Assembly (NCBI GenBank): GCA_963816355.1 | Contig: CAWFKH010000004.1 | Location: 192,001 to 256,000, forward strand | Length of the DNA: 64,000 nt | Source: an uncultured Gemmatimonadales bacterium | GTDB taxonomy: Bacteria; Gemmatimonadota; Gemmatimonadetes; Longimicrobiales; RSA9 | Reading direction: 5' to 3' | Part shown: positions 37,734 to 54,512 of the stretch, piece after piece | Layout of the letters: each line of letters begins with the position of its first letter | Position numbering within the stretch: the stretch's first letter is position 1 | The notes under the pieces: generated by a model | Seen by the model: the letters and a program-made list of their open reading frames with translations, nothing else | Told to the model about the DNA's origin: nothing | The model's database searches: none | Position numbers and translations under genes: made by a program

Positions 37734-39322
37734 TCCGGCGGCGCCGTCGCGGCGGCCACCTCCGCCGGGTCCACCAGCACGTGCTCGGGCGGCGGCGGCG
37801 AGGGGGGCGGCGAGCCGCGTTCGATCAGCCCCCACGTGTTGAAGATCGACGCCATCCACTCGTAGATCGTCCCGATCGAGGCGCGCAGCCGCTGCAGCCG
37901 CTCCCGGCGCTCGTCGACGGGCATCGTCAACGCATCGCGGATCCGGCGCGCGAACTCCTCGGGGTCGTACGGATTCACGTCGAGCTGCCCGTCGAGCACT
38001 TCCGACGCCCCCGCGAAACGCGACAGCAGCAGCACGCCCGCGCCATCCACCTGACTCGCCACGTACTCCTTGGCGACCAGGTTCATGCCGTCCGCGAGAG
38101 AGGCGACGATGCAGATGTCCGCCGTCCGGTAGAGCACGGCCAGGCGATCCGACGGCAACGCCTGCTTGATCAGGTGCACCGGCCGCCAGTGCGCCGTCCC
38201 GAAGCGGTCGTTGATCTCCCACACCATCCGCTCGACCTTCTGTGTCAACTCGTCGTACGCCTCGATCGCCGTCCGGCTCGGGACCGCCACCTGCACGAAG
38301 CTCAGCCGCTCGCGGAACTCCGGGAAGCGCTCCCACAGGATGTCGAGCGCCTTCAGCTTCTCCGGGATCCCCTTCGAGTAGTCGAGCCGGTCCACGCCGA
38401 GGCCCAGCCAACCGCCTTCCGGCGCGTAGCGCGAGCGGATCCGCTGCATGCGCGACTCCGCGCCCGGCCGCGACGCGGCGTCGCGGTAACGCGCGGCGTC
38501 GATCGAGATCGGGAAGGCCCGCACGTGACAGGCGTGCTCCTCCTGCGGCACCGTCATCGCCTGCCAGTCGACCTCCGCATCGAGCAGCTCCTCCACGCAG
38601 TGCAGGAAGTTCACGCCATGGGAGGGAAGCTGGAAGCCGAGGAGGTCGTTCGCGAGCAGGCCCCGCAGAAGCTCGACCGCCTGCGGCGCGACGCGGTAGA
38701 TCTCGAGCGGCGGCCACGGAATGTGCCAGAAATGGGCGAGGCTCAGGTCGGGCCGCCGCTCGCGCACCGCCGCCGGCGCCAGCGCCAGATGATAGTCCTG
38801 GAACCATACGACGGCGTCCACGCCGCGCGCCTCGTCGAGCACCGCGTCCGCAAAGCGCCGGTTCACGCGCCGGTAACGCTCCCAGTACCGCTCCCGCACC
38901 CGCGTCAGCGTGGGCCGCAGATGGCACAGCGGCCACAGGAACTGGTTGGCGAAGCCGAGATAGTACCGGTGGATGTCGTGCTGGTCGAGCCACAGCCGGC
39001 GCAACGTGTAGCTCGGGTCCTCCGGCGGCACCCGCACGCGGTCCTGCTCGTCCACCACCTCCGCGTCCGCCTCGCCACTGCCCCACGCGATCCACACCCC
39101 CCCCGCCGCCCGCAGCACCGGGTCCAGCGCCGACGTCAGCCCGCCCGTCGGCCGCCGCACCGAGATCTCCCCCACATCCTCGCCCCACCGATGCTCGTAC
39201 GGCTCGCGGTTGCTCACCACGATGAACCGCTGCTCCGGGAACGCTTCCCGGAACAGCGGCCCCAGCTGCGACGGCAGAACGGTCGACCCCTCCCAGACCT
39301 CGCCCTTCTCCGCTTCCGCCAT
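37730..39322 (-). CDS. otsA: Trehalose-6-phosphate synthase (GT20)
   Basis: VSNREP, GGL, QDYHL, FWHIPWP, DRLDYSKG, DGMNLVAKEY. Confidence 0.9.
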   Translation of the reverse strand: MAEAEKGEVWEGSTVLPSQLGPLFREAFPEQRFIVVSNREPYEHRWGEDVGEISVRRPTGGLTSALDPVLRAAGGVWIAWGSGEADAEVVDEQDRVRVPPEDPSYTLRRLWLDQHDIHRYYLGFANQFLWPLCHLRPTLTRVRERYWERYRRVNRRFADAVLDEARGVDAVVWFQDYHLALAPAAVRERRPDLSLAHFWHIPWPPLEIYRVAPQAVELLRGLLANDLLGFQLPSHGVNFLHCVEELLDAEVDWQAMTVPQEEHACHVRAFPISIDAARYRDAASRPGAESRMQRIRSRYAPEGGWLGLGVDRLDYSKGIPEKLKALDILWERFPEFRERLSFVQVAVPSRTAIEAYDELTQKVERMVWEINDRFGTAHWRPVHLIKQALPSDRLAVLYRTADICIVASLADGMNLVAKEYVASQVDGAGVLLLSRFAGASEVLDGQLDVNPYDPEEFARRIRDALTMPVDERRERLQRLRASIGTIYEWMASIFNTWGLIERGSPPPSPPPPEHVLVDPAEVAAATAPPE

Positions 39323-39330
39323 CGCACCGC

Positions 39331-39564
39331 CTACAGGTTCAGCCGGCGGCGGCCCGCATCCACCGCGGACCGGACGTCGTCCGTCCAGTCGTCGATCCGC
39401 TCCGACACCGGGCCGCCCCGCTTCCCGATCGCCCGCCGCAGCCGACGCCGCGTCCGCTTTCCGCTCTGCGGCGCCGCCAGCAGCGCCATGCCCGCCCCCA
39501 GCACCATACCCAACGCCAGGCCCGTGATGAAGGCGAACGTCTGCGATTCTTCGTCGTAGTACAT
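39331..39564 (-). CDS. YtxH-like protein
   Basis: G-x3-GAG-x-ALL-x-APQSGKRTR signature; GAGGA RBS. Confidence 0.88.
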   Translation of the reverse strand: MYYDEESQTFAFITGLALGMVLGAGMALLAAPQSGKRTRRRLRRAIGKRGGPVSERIDDWTDDVRSAVDAGRRRLNL

Positions 39565-39603
39565 GGCGTATTCCTCAGCAGGGGGAAACCATCCCCTTAA
39601 TCA

Positions 39604-39619
39604 TGCAACCGATATGCCC
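39604..39619 (-). promoter_or_regulatory. sigma54-like -24/-12 promoter of ytxH-otsA
   Basis: GGGCATATCGGTTGCA, GG-N10-GC spacing. Confidence 0.6.
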
Positions 39620-39770
39620 GCCGGGGCAAAGAATTCCGGCGGCTCGGCACGCGCCCGGGAGGGGCCGGCGCTTCGCTTGCTCCGCCTCCGCGCCCGGGCT
39701 AGATTCGCCCGCCACGACAGACTGGAGCCTCCGGTGCTGCGCGCCCGCGCGTCCCACTCGGCACCGCGAG

Positions 39771-39786
39771 TGGCACCCGTTGTGCA
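39771..39786 (+). promoter_or_regulatory. sigma54-like -24/-12 promoter of receiver/DGC operon
   Basis: TGGCACCCGTTGTGCA, GG-N10-GC spacing. Confidence 0.6.
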
Positions 39787-39842
39787 TTCACTCGCCGCCG
39801 TCGGAGCGCGGCCGTGTTCTCACCTGATCCGAGCCAACCGTG

Positions 39843-40232
39843 ATGACGCCGAAGACCGTCCTGATCGTCGAGGACAACGAGGACAACCGGATCGTCTACG
39901 CGACGATCCTGCAGCACCGCGGCTATCGCGTGCTGGAGGCCAGAAACGGCGAGGACGGCGTTCGCATCGCCCGGGAAAGCCGGCCGGACCTCATCCTCAT
40001 GGACATCTCCGTGCCGATCATCAATGGCTGGAAGGCGACGGAAATCCTCAAGGGAGACCCGGACACGGACCACATCCCCGTCATCGCGCTCACGGCCCAC
40101 GCCCTCGCCGAGGACCGCGAGACCGCCAAGTCGGTCGGCTGTGACGGCTATCTCGCCAAGCCGTGCGAGCCCCGCACCGTCATGGCCGAGGTCGAGCGGT
40201 TCATCGGCAAGGCCACCGAAACCACCGACTGA
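39843..40232 (+). CDS. Single-domain response regulator, DivK-like
   Basis: VLIVEDN, PDLILMD, IPVIALTA, YLAKP. Confidence 0.93.
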   Translation: MTPKTVLIVEDNEDNRIVYATILQHRGYRVLEARNGEDGVRIARESRPDLILMDISVPIINGWKATEILKGDPDTDHIPVIALTAHALAEDRETAKSVGCDGYLAKPCEPRTVMAEVERFIGKATETTD

Positions 40233-40241
40233 AGAACGCGG

Positions 40242-43943
<3,702 letters not shown>

Positions 43944-44387
43944 GTGGCAAGGATCCTCGGCATCGATTACGGCGAGCGACGCGTCGGCATCGCCCTCAGC
44001 GACCCCACCGCATCCATCGCCCAGCCCCTCCCCACCCTGCGCCGCCGCCGCGGCAAGCGGCCGCCCGTCGCCGCCGTGCTGCGCCTCGTCGCCGAGCACG
44101 ACGTCGCCGAAATCGTGGTCGGCCTCCCCCTCACCCCCGCCGGCGGCGAGAGCGACTGGACCCGCGAGGTCCGCGAATTCGGCGAGCGCCTCGCGCAGCG
44201 CTCCGGACTTCCCGTCCACTACGTCGACGAGCGCATGACCTCCGCGCGCGCCGAACGCGTCGTGCGCAGCCTCGGCCTCAAGCGCTCGCAACGGGAGCAG
44301 AAGGAGCGCGTCGACGCGGCAGCCGCCATGCTGATCCTGCAGGCACACCTCGACGCCCGCGCGAAAGCGTGCGACGAGCGCCCGTAG
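43944..44387 (+). CDS. yqgF: YqgF/RuvX RNase H-like nuclease
   Basis: LGIDYGERRVGIA, VVGLP, VDERMTS, VDAAAA. Confidence 0.95.
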   Translation: MARILGIDYGERRVGIALSDPTASIAQPLPTLRRRRGKRPPVAAVLRLVAEHDVAEIVVGLPLTPAGGESDWTREVREFGERLAQRSGLPVHYVDERMTSARAERVVRSLGLKRSQREQKERVDAAAAMLILQAHLDARAKACDERP

Positions 44388-45502
44388 AAGCGCCGGCGCG
44401 GCGAACGCGCCCGGCGGCAGAGAGGGCGGGGCGAGTGGCCCTTCTCGCCGCACTTGCGCTCGGCGCCTGCCGCGGCGCCCCTCCCGGGGACCGGACGGAG
44501 CTCGTGCGGGTGCCCCACGGCGCCTCCTTCAGCCGCATAACGGACTCCCTCGCCGTGCACGGCCTCGTCGGCTTCCGCCCCGCCTTCCGCCTCTACGCGC
44601 GGGTCACCGGCGCCGACCGCGCCGTGAAGGCGGGAACCTACCGCTTCGCCAGGGGCGCGAGCTGGGCTCGCATCCTCGGCGACCTGCGCGCCGGCCACGT
44701 CGTCACCGAGCGTCTCGTCATCCCCGAAGCCTGGGACCTGGCCGGCGACGCTCCCCGCATCGCCCGCATCACCCGCCTGCCCACGGACTCGGTGCTCGCC
44801 GTCCTCTCCGACACCGCCGCCCCCGCCCGCTACGGCGTGCCCGGTCCGACGCTGGAAGGCTACCTCTACCCCGCTACCTATACGCTCCCCGTCGGCGTCC
44901 CCCTCGACACCGTGCTCGAGTGGATGACCCGGACGTACAAGCGACAGTGGACCGCGGCCCGACGCGCGCGCGCGGACTCCCTCGGCTTCTCGGAGCGCGA
45001 CGTCGTCACGCTCGCCTCCATCGTGGAGCGCGAAGCGAAACAGCGGAACGAGATGCCGCTCATCGCCTCCGTCTACGAGAACCGCCTCCGCCGACACATG
45101 GCGCTGCAGGCCGATCCCACCGTCCAGTACGCCCTCGGCGGTCACAGGGAACGCCTCGTCTACGCCGCCATCGACAGCGTCGCCGACGATCCGTACAACA
45201 CCTACACCCACCCCGGCCTGCCCCCCGGCCCCATCGCTTCGCCCAGCAGTCGCGCCATCGACGCCGTGCTCCATCCCGATTCTTCAGACTTCCTCTACTT
45301 CGTCGCCACGCCGCTCGGCAATCACGTGTTCAGCCGCACCCTCGCCCAGCACAACGCCGCCAAGCGTCGCATCGCCCGCGACAGGCGCGCCGCGGAGCGC
45401 CGGGCCCGGGCGGATTCCGCCGCCGCCGCGCGCCGGGCGCGGGCGGATTCCGCCGCCGCCGACCGCCAGGCACGGGCGGATTCCGGCGCCGCCCCGTCAT
45501 GA
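44369..45502 (+). CDS. mltG: Endolytic transglycosylase MltG (start 44369 or 44435)
   Basis: LEGYLYPATY, LASIVERE, LQADPT, PYNTY-x3-GLPPGPI; lipobox-like LALGAC. Confidence 0.93.
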   Translation: MRRAPVEAPARRTRPAAERAGRVALLAALALGACRGAPPGDRTELVRVPHGASFSRITDSLAVHGLVGFRPAFRLYARVTGADRAVKAGTYRFARGASWARILGDLRAGHVVTERLVIPEAWDLAGDAPRIARITRLPTDSVLAVLSDTAAPARYGVPGPTLEGYLYPATYTLPVGVPLDTVLEWMTRTYKRQWTAARRARADSLGFSERDVVTLASIVEREAKQRNEMPLIASVYENRLRRHMALQADPTVQYALGGHRERLVYAAIDSVADDPYNTYTHPGLPPGPIASPSSRAIDAVLHPDSSDFLYFVATPLGNHVFSRTLAQHNAAKRRIARDRRAAERRARADSAAAARRARADSAAADRQARADSGAAPS

Positions 45503-46128
45503 CGGCGCCTCCGCCGGACCTGCGCCTCGTCGTCATCACCGACCGCGGCCTCGCCCACCCCCGTGACATCCTCGACGTCGTCGCCGCCGCCCTGGCCGCC
45601 GGCGCCCCCGCGATCCAGCTCAGGGACAAAGCCGCCGGCGCGCGCGAGCTCGCCGAGCAGGCCCGCGCTCTGCTCGACCTCACCCGCGCACACGAAGCGC
45701 TGCTCTTCGTCAACGACCGCCTCGATGTCGCCCTCGCGGTCGGTGCCGACGGCGCCCACCTCGGTCCGGACGACCTCCCTGTCGCGGCCGCACGCGCCGT
45801 CGCGCCGCCGCCCTTCCTGCTCGGCTTCTCGACCGACACCGAGCGGGAGGCGCGGCGCGCTGAGCGGGCCGGCGCGGACTACATCGGCTGCGGCGCCGTG
45901 TTCGGAACCACGACGAAGGCGGAAGCGGCCAGCGAGCGCATCGGCGTCGAGCGCCTCGACGAGGTCGCGCGCGCCGTGTCGATTCCCGTGGTCGCCATCG
46001 GCGGCATCACGCCGCGGAACGCCGCGCTCGTCGCCGCGACCGCAGCGGCCGGTATCGCCGTCGTCGGAGCCGTCATGGCGGCGAGCGATCCGTCCGAGAG
46101 CGTGCGGCAGCTCCTTGCGCTGTGGTGA
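45499..46128 (+). CDS. thiE: Thiamine-phosphate synthase
   Basis: QLRDK, VNDRLDVA, HLGPDD, TTTK, AIGGI; ATGA overlap with mltG. Confidence 0.93.
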   Translation: MTAPPPDLRLVVITDRGLAHPRDILDVVAAALAAGAPAIQLRDKAAGARELAEQARALLDLTRAHEALLFVNDRLDVALAVGADGAHLGPDDLPVAAARAVAPPPFLLGFSTDTEREARRAERAGADYIGCGAVFGTTTKAEAASERIGVERLDEVARAVSIPVVAIGGITPRNAALVAATAAAGIAVVGAVMAASDPSESVRQLLALW

Positions 46129-46142
46129 AGCCGGCACGGAGC

Positions 46143-46240
46143 GGCGTGGCGTAGGCGGAGGCGCGTGGGCGGAGGCGGAGAGGCGTGGCGTAGACGGAGG
46201 CGCGTGGGCGGAGGCGGAGAGGCGTGGCGTGGACGGAGGC
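46143..46240. repeat. About 2.5 tandem copies of a 39-nt G-rich unit
   Basis: GGCGTGGCGTAGRCGGAGGCGCGTGGGCGGAGGCGGAGA at 46143, 46182, partial at 46221. Confidence 0.85.
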
Positions 46241-46280
46241 TCGGGGGTGGAGGCGAGGGGCGGGTGGGGTGTGGATGCAG

Positions 46281-46303
46281 GACGCCCCGCGGCGCGGGGC
46301 GTC
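46281..46303. terminator. GC hairpin between thiE and 5S rRNA 3' ends
   Basis: GACGCCCCGC-GGC-GCGGGGCGTC perfect 10-bp stem; no U-tract. Confidence 0.45.
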
Positions 46304-46330
46304 GCGGGGCGTTCGTGCGGGGCCAGAAGG

Positions 46331-46448
46331 GGCCGGCGGCGTCGTACTCTCCCACTCGGTCTCCCGAGCAGTACCATCCGCGCTGCGGGGCTTAACGACC
46401 GTGTTCGGGATGGGAACGGGTGTGTCCCCCGCGCCAGAACCGCCGGCC
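46331..46448 (-). rRNA. rrf: 5S rRNA
   Basis: ACCCGTTCCCATCCCGAACACGG, GATGGTACTG, GGGAGAGTA; complementary GGCCGGCGG ends. Confidence 0.97.
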
Positions 46449-46568
46449 TCCAGCCTGCGCCGGCGCCGCTCGTGGCGAGCGCGCCGGCCGATAAGAAAAC
46501 AGGGAGGGGGGAGTGGAGATCGCGCACCGAGCTGCGAGGGCGACGGGCTTCCCATCGTCGGGGAAGCC

Positions 46569-49557
<2,989 letters not shown>

Positions 49558-49677
49558 GACATAGCCCCCCACTCGGCCCCCTTCACCCCACTCGCGTGAA
49601 GCTCCAGTGACCCAGCCAGACACTACGCCCGCCCACCTCGCCTGCTGGCGCTCGATCCCACTCCCCCTCACCCATTC

Positions 49678-49739
49678 TGTCAATCAGCTCTTCGGCGCGT
49701 CCCGGTGGGACGGAAACGGCGCGAAGCTTCTCGCGCCGT
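49678..49739 (-). promoter_or_regulatory. rrn antitermination-like leader: boxB-like hairpin and boxA-like element
   Basis: 9-bp stem 49716-49739 followed by GCTGATTGACA (49678-49688). Confidence 0.5.
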
Positions 49740-49769
49740 CGGTCACCTCCTGTTGCGCCGCAGCATTCC

Positions 49770-49798
49770 ATTCTAGCTCTCCGCCTACCCCGGGTCAA
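49770..49798 (-). promoter_or_regulatory. rrn P2-like sigma70 promoter
   Basis: TTGACC-N17-TAGAAT. Confidence 0.75.
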
Positions 49799-49872
49799 GA
49801 GCCGGTCGCGCCAGCCTCGACCCCGCCGACGCGCCGCAAACGCGCCGGCCGGAGTTGCGGAAAGGGAAGCGA

Positions 49873-49917
49873 AATCTAAACCTCAAGATGGGAGTGTCAA
49901 GAAGATGGGAGTGTCAA
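49873..49917 (-). promoter_or_regulatory. rrn P1-like sigma70 promoter with duplicated -35
   Basis: TTGACA-N16-TAGATT, second TTGACA 17 nt further upstream. Confidence 0.7.
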
Positions 49918-49990
49918 GCGCACGCGATCGAGGCTACGCAGCGTTCCTCGGTACGGGCGGGCACGCAATCACGGAGCACGGAGGCGATCC

Positions 49991-51145
49991 TTGGAGCGAG
50001 CGCGGGTGAGCGCCCGGGGCGCGGCGCGGTGGCGGCGCGGACATCCCTGGATCTACCGCAGCGATGTCGTGGAGCCGCCGCGCGGCGGCGCGGGTGCGGT
50101 CGTCGTCGAGCAGGGCCGGCGCGTCCTGGGGACGGCGCTGTGGAGTCCGACGTCGACGATCTCGCTGCGCATGTTGGCGCCGCAGGAGGTGAGCGTCGAT
50201 GTCGAGTTCATGCACGCGCGCCTCGCCGCGGCGCTCGCATATCGTCGCGCGCTCGCCCCGGACGCGACGGCCTGGCGGCTGGTGCACGCGGAGGCGGACG
50301 GGCTGCCGTCGTTGATCGTGGATCGGTACGGCGAGTACCTGGTCGTGCAGATCCTGTCGGCGGGGTTGGAGGCGTACCGCGGGGCGGTCGTCGAAGCGCT
50401 GGTCTCGCTCCTCGATCCGGCGGGCATCCTGGCGCGCAACAATGTGCGGGTGAGGCGGCGGGAAGCGCTTCCGGAGACGATCGAGGTGCTGCGCGGGTCG
50501 GTGCCCGACCGGATCGAGGTGCGCGAAGGGGCCGTGCGCTACCTGGCCGACGTGCGCGGAGGCCAGAAGACCGGTGCCTTCCTGGATCAGCGCGAGAACC
50601 GGCTGCGCGCGGGCTCCCTCGCCGCGGGCCGCGCGCTCGATTGCTTCGCCTACCACGGGTCGTTCGCGCTGCACCTCGCCGCCGCGGCGGACGAGGTCGT
50701 CGCGCTCGATGCGTCCGCGGATGCGCTCGCCCGCGCGGCGGAAAACGCCGCGCTGAACGGATTCACGCGCGTCCGCACCGTCGAGGCGAACGCCTTCGAT
50801 TTCCTGCGCGCGGCGTCGGATGCCGGCGATCGATACGACGTCGTCGTCCTCGATCCGCCGGCGTTCGCGAAGAGCCGCGGCTCGGTGGACGCGGCGCTGC
50901 GGGGTTACAAGGAGATCAATCTGCGAGCGCTGCGGCTGCTCGCGCCGGGAGGCCACCTGCTCACCTTCAGCTGCTCCTACCACATCCCGGAGCCGCTCTT
51001 CCGCGGCATGCTCGAGGACGCGGCGGCGGATGCGGGGCGGCCGGTGCGCTGGATCGAATGGCGAGGACAGGCGGCGGACCACCCGGTGGTCGTTCAGATC
51101 CCCGAGTCGGGATACCTCAAGGGTGCGCTTCTGCAGGCCGTGTGA
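49991..51145 (+). CDS. RlmI-like PUA/SAM-dependent rRNA methyltransferase
   Basis: GHPWIY, EADGLP, GQKTGAFLDQRENR, LDPPAF, FSCS, YLK. Confidence 0.9.
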   Translation: MERARVSARGAARWRRGHPWIYRSDVVEPPRGGAGAVVVEQGRRVLGTALWSPTSTISLRMLAPQEVSVDVEFMHARLAAALAYRRALAPDATAWRLVHAEADGLPSLIVDRYGEYLVVQILSAGLEAYRGAVVEALVSLLDPAGILARNNVRVRRREALPETIEVLRGSVPDRIEVREGAVRYLADVRGGQKTGAFLDQRENRLRAGSLAAGRALDCFAYHGSFALHLAAAADEVVALDASADALARAAENAALNGFTRVRTVEANAFDFLRAASDAGDRYDVVVLDPPAFAKSRGSVDAALRGYKEINLRALRLLAPGGHLLTFSCSYHIPEPLFRGMLEDAAADAGRPVRWIEWRGQAADHPVVVQIPESGYLKGALLQAV

Positions 51146-51968
51146 GATCCCCGTCGCGCGAGCCCCGAACGATCCCGGCGACGCGGTCCACCGGCACCGC
51201 GAACGCGCCGAGCCGACCGCTCCACTCGCCGTGCCAGTCGGACCCCCCACTGAGGAGGAGCCCGTAGGAGCGGGCCGTCCGCTCGATCCGCGCCACATCG
51301 ACGGCGGACATGCGGGGCCGGTAGCATTCGACGCCGTCCAGCCCCGCGAGCGCGAACCCCTCGATCTCCCGCTCGAGCAGGTGCAGCGGCGGGTGCGCCC
51401 ACACGGCCAGCCCGCCCGCCTCGTGGATCACCGCAATGGCGTCGCGCGGCGAGGCGAGCGCCGTCGGCACGAACGCCGGCGCTTCGTCGGCGAGCCAGCG
51501 GTCGAAGGCTTCCGTCACGCTGCGTACGTGGCCCGCCGCCACCAGCGCCCGTGCGATGTGCGGCCGCCCCGGCGCCCCGGCGCCCGCGTGTTCGATCACC
51601 TCCGCGTACTCCATCCGCACGCCCAGGCCGTCGAGCAGCTCGAGGATCTCCCGCACCCGCTCGTGCCGGCGCACCCCCGCCCGGATCGCGTGGTCGGCCA
51701 ACGCCGGGTGCGAGGCGTCGATGTGATAGCCGAGCACGTGCAGCTCCGCGCCGCCTCGCGTCGTCGACAACTCGACCGCCGGCAGCACGCGTATGCGGCC
51801 CGCCGCCGCGCCCACCGCCGCCTCCACTCCCGCGGTCGTGTCGTGGTCCGCGAGCGCCACGACGTCGAGGCCGCCGGCGATCGCCGCCTCGATTACATCC
51901 GCCGGCGCCAGCGCCCCGTCCGATGCGGTGGAGTGGAGATGCAGGTCCGCGCGGCCGTTCGTCGCCAT
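51117..51968 (-). CDS. PHP-domain phosphoesterase (YciV/TrpH-like)
   Basis: DLHLHSTASDG, DHD, HVLGY, GRPH, AHP, GGSDWHG. Confidence 0.9.
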   Translation of the reverse strand: MATNGRADLHLHSTASDGALAPADVIEAAIAGGLDVVALADHDTTAGVEAAVGAAAGRIRVLPAVELSTTRGGAELHVLGYHIDASHPALADHAIRAGVRRHERVREILELLDGLGVRMEYAEVIEHAGAGAPGRPHIARALVAAGHVRSVTEAFDRWLADEAPAFVPTALASPRDAIAVIHEAGGLAVWAHPPLHLLEREIEGFALAGLDGVECYRPRMSAVDVARIERTARSYGLLLSGGSDWHGEWSGRLGAFAVPVDRVAGIVRGSRDGDLTRPAEAHP

Positions 51969-52021
51969 CGAGTCTCCTCAACCGGAAGCGTCCAGCGACT
52001 CAGCGGGCCGCCGCAACGTCC

Positions 52022-52660
52022 CTAATGTACCTCGACGCGACGGCCGAACGGGAACGCCAGACCGATGCCGAAGCTGTCCGGGTCGCCCAGCGTCGCGGCG
52101 AAACGCAGCTTCACCCCGCTCGTGAACCGCAGGTCCGCGCCGAGGTCCGCCGCAAAATCCAGATCCGTGTTCGTGACGTTCCCCACCGACGCCACGTCCA
52201 GCGCGATCCGCGGCAGCACGTACGGCGTGATGCTCAGCCCGTCGCCCGGCAGCGTCTTGCCGATCGTCACGCCGAACGGGATCCGCACCAGCGTGAAATC
52301 GCTGAAGAACCCCGCCCCCACGCCGAGCACCCAGTCCACGTCCACCGGCGCCGTCGGGCTCCGCAGCAGCGAGCCCCACGTCTCTCCACCCACCGTCACG
52401 AACGTGTGGTTCGCTTCCCCACCTCGGTGCTCCACGCCGCCGATCCCCAGCTCCAGCCCCAGGTTGAGCTGGCCCTCCTGGCGCCAGATCCCCGACAGGC
52501 CCCAGTCCGTCCCGTCCGGCTTCACGAAGTAGACCCCGATGTCCTCGCCCGGCTGCGGCGGCAGGAACATCGGCGCGTCCCACGCCTGCGCCGAGAGTGG
52601 CCCCACCCCCGCCACCAGCGTCGTGCCGAGCAGCGCGAAACCGATCATCCACTTGCGCAT
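52022..52660 (-). CDS. Hypothetical exported beta-barrel-like protein
   Basis: Signal peptide (LSAQA), Gly/aromatic alternating strands. Confidence 0.75.
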   Translation of the reverse strand: MRKWMIGFALLGTTLVAGVGPLSAQAWDAPMFLPPQPGEDIGVYFVKPDGTDWGLSGIWRQEGQLNLGLELGIGGVEHRGGEANHTFVTVGGETWGSLLRSPTAPVDVDWVLGVGAGFFSDFTLVRIPFGVTIGKTLPGDGLSITPYVLPRIALDVASVGNVTNTDLDFAADLGADLRFTSGVKLRFAATLGDPDSFGIGLAFPFGRRVEVH

Positions 52661-52728
52661 ATCCTCATCCCCTGTCGCGTTGGCCGAGACTGATGCGTTC
52701 GCCTCGTTGCGAACGATCGCCGCGCCTG

Positions 52729-52744
52729 CGCAAGAGAGGGGCCA
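52729..52744 (-). promoter_or_regulatory. sigma54-like promoter of the 52660 gene
   Basis: TGGCCCCTCTCTTGCG, GG-N10-GC. Confidence 0.5.
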
Positions 52745-52767
52745 TGCCGCGGGGGCGGCGGCGTGGA

Positions 52768-53031
52768 TCAGGCGGGCTCGGCGCTCTCGCTGAGGACGGT
52801 GACGCGATCGTCGGCGACCTGCAGGAAGCCGCCGGCGACGCGGAATCGGCGGGTGGTGCCGGCGTGCTCGACGCGCAGCTCGCCCTCGCCGAGGAGAGCC
52901 ATGAGGGGGGCGTGGCCGCGGAGGATGCCGATCTGGCCGTCCCAGGCGGGGGCGACGATCGTGTCGGCGTCGCCGTCGTAGACGACCTTCTCGGGGCTGA
53001 TGACGGCGACGTGGAGAACGGCTTCGGCCAT
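52768..53031 (-). CDS. atpC: ATP synthase epsilon, short form
   Basis: VISPE, GILRGHAP, VAGGF; 87 aa. Confidence 0.95.
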   Translation of the reverse strand: MAEAVLHVAVISPEKVVYDGDADTIVAPAWDGQIGILRGHAPLMALLGEGELRVEHAGTTRRFRVAGGFLQVADDRVTVLSESAEPA

Positions 53032-53033
53032 GG

Positions 53034-54512
<1,479 letters not shown>

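Noticed and set aside
28198..39188. Apparent long N-terminal extensions on dapB, pdp (also atpG, mltG, moxR, SSS) in the ORF track
   Set aside because: Upstream parts overlap neighbouring genes in other frames; true starts with RBS or stop-start coupling lie downstream
39780..39797. Second Rex box TTGTGCATTCACTCGCCG
   Set aside because: Right half-site is poor; better explained as the -12 part of a sigma54-like promoter
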